From Malacoraja senta (Eukaryota), in NCBI GenBank assembly GCA_038087875.1, contig CM075987.1:14694001-14758000 (forward strand): a DNA stretch of 64,000 bases, in the 5' to 3' direction. Below the pieces are notes generated by a model that saw nothing but the letters and a program-made list of their open reading frames with translations, had not been told where the DNA came from and did not search any database. Of the stretch, positions 63,961 through 64,000 are shown piece after piece. The position numbers and the translations under genes were made by a program. Every line of letters starts with the position of its first letter. The first letter of the stretch is position 1.

Positions 63961-64000
63961 AGTTTTGCATGCCAGGAGGGAAGGGAGCTGAGCGATGGCA

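Overview
This is eukaryotic vertebrate DNA, not microbial. The repeat content (HE1/V-SINE-like SINEs sharing a 3' tail with CR1/HER1-like LINEs, Deu-domain SINEs, Penelope fragments) points to a cartilaginous fish, probably a skate or ray. The window appears to lie within one + strand gene, SH2D3C (NSP3/CHAT/SHEP1). Four coding exons are visible: 4338-4998 (long-isoform N-terminus), a 40-nt exon at 20552-20591, an alternative first coding exon at 43350-43430 (MTDKCSLWSAISAAACCFYRGSFMQVQ) in a CpG island, and 62369-62497 (start of the SH2 domain). Splice phases join in frame. Almost all entries in the ORF track are spurious or transposon debris. The most notable non-genic structures are: (i) about 20 short fold-back or single-arm Penelope-derived elements, several with 9-15 bp target-site duplications, many carrying minimal hammerhead-ribozyme cores, on either strand; (ii) a gap-flanked composite element at 38.3-40.2 kb made of two TATA-ETS-Inr-splice-donor modules, each followed by its own 48-bp tandem array, possibly Helitron-like; (iii) a CpG-rich PIF/Harbinger-like MITE and a young-looking Vingi/Ingi-like LINE tail. 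All family assignments come from recalled consensus motifs; no database search was run.
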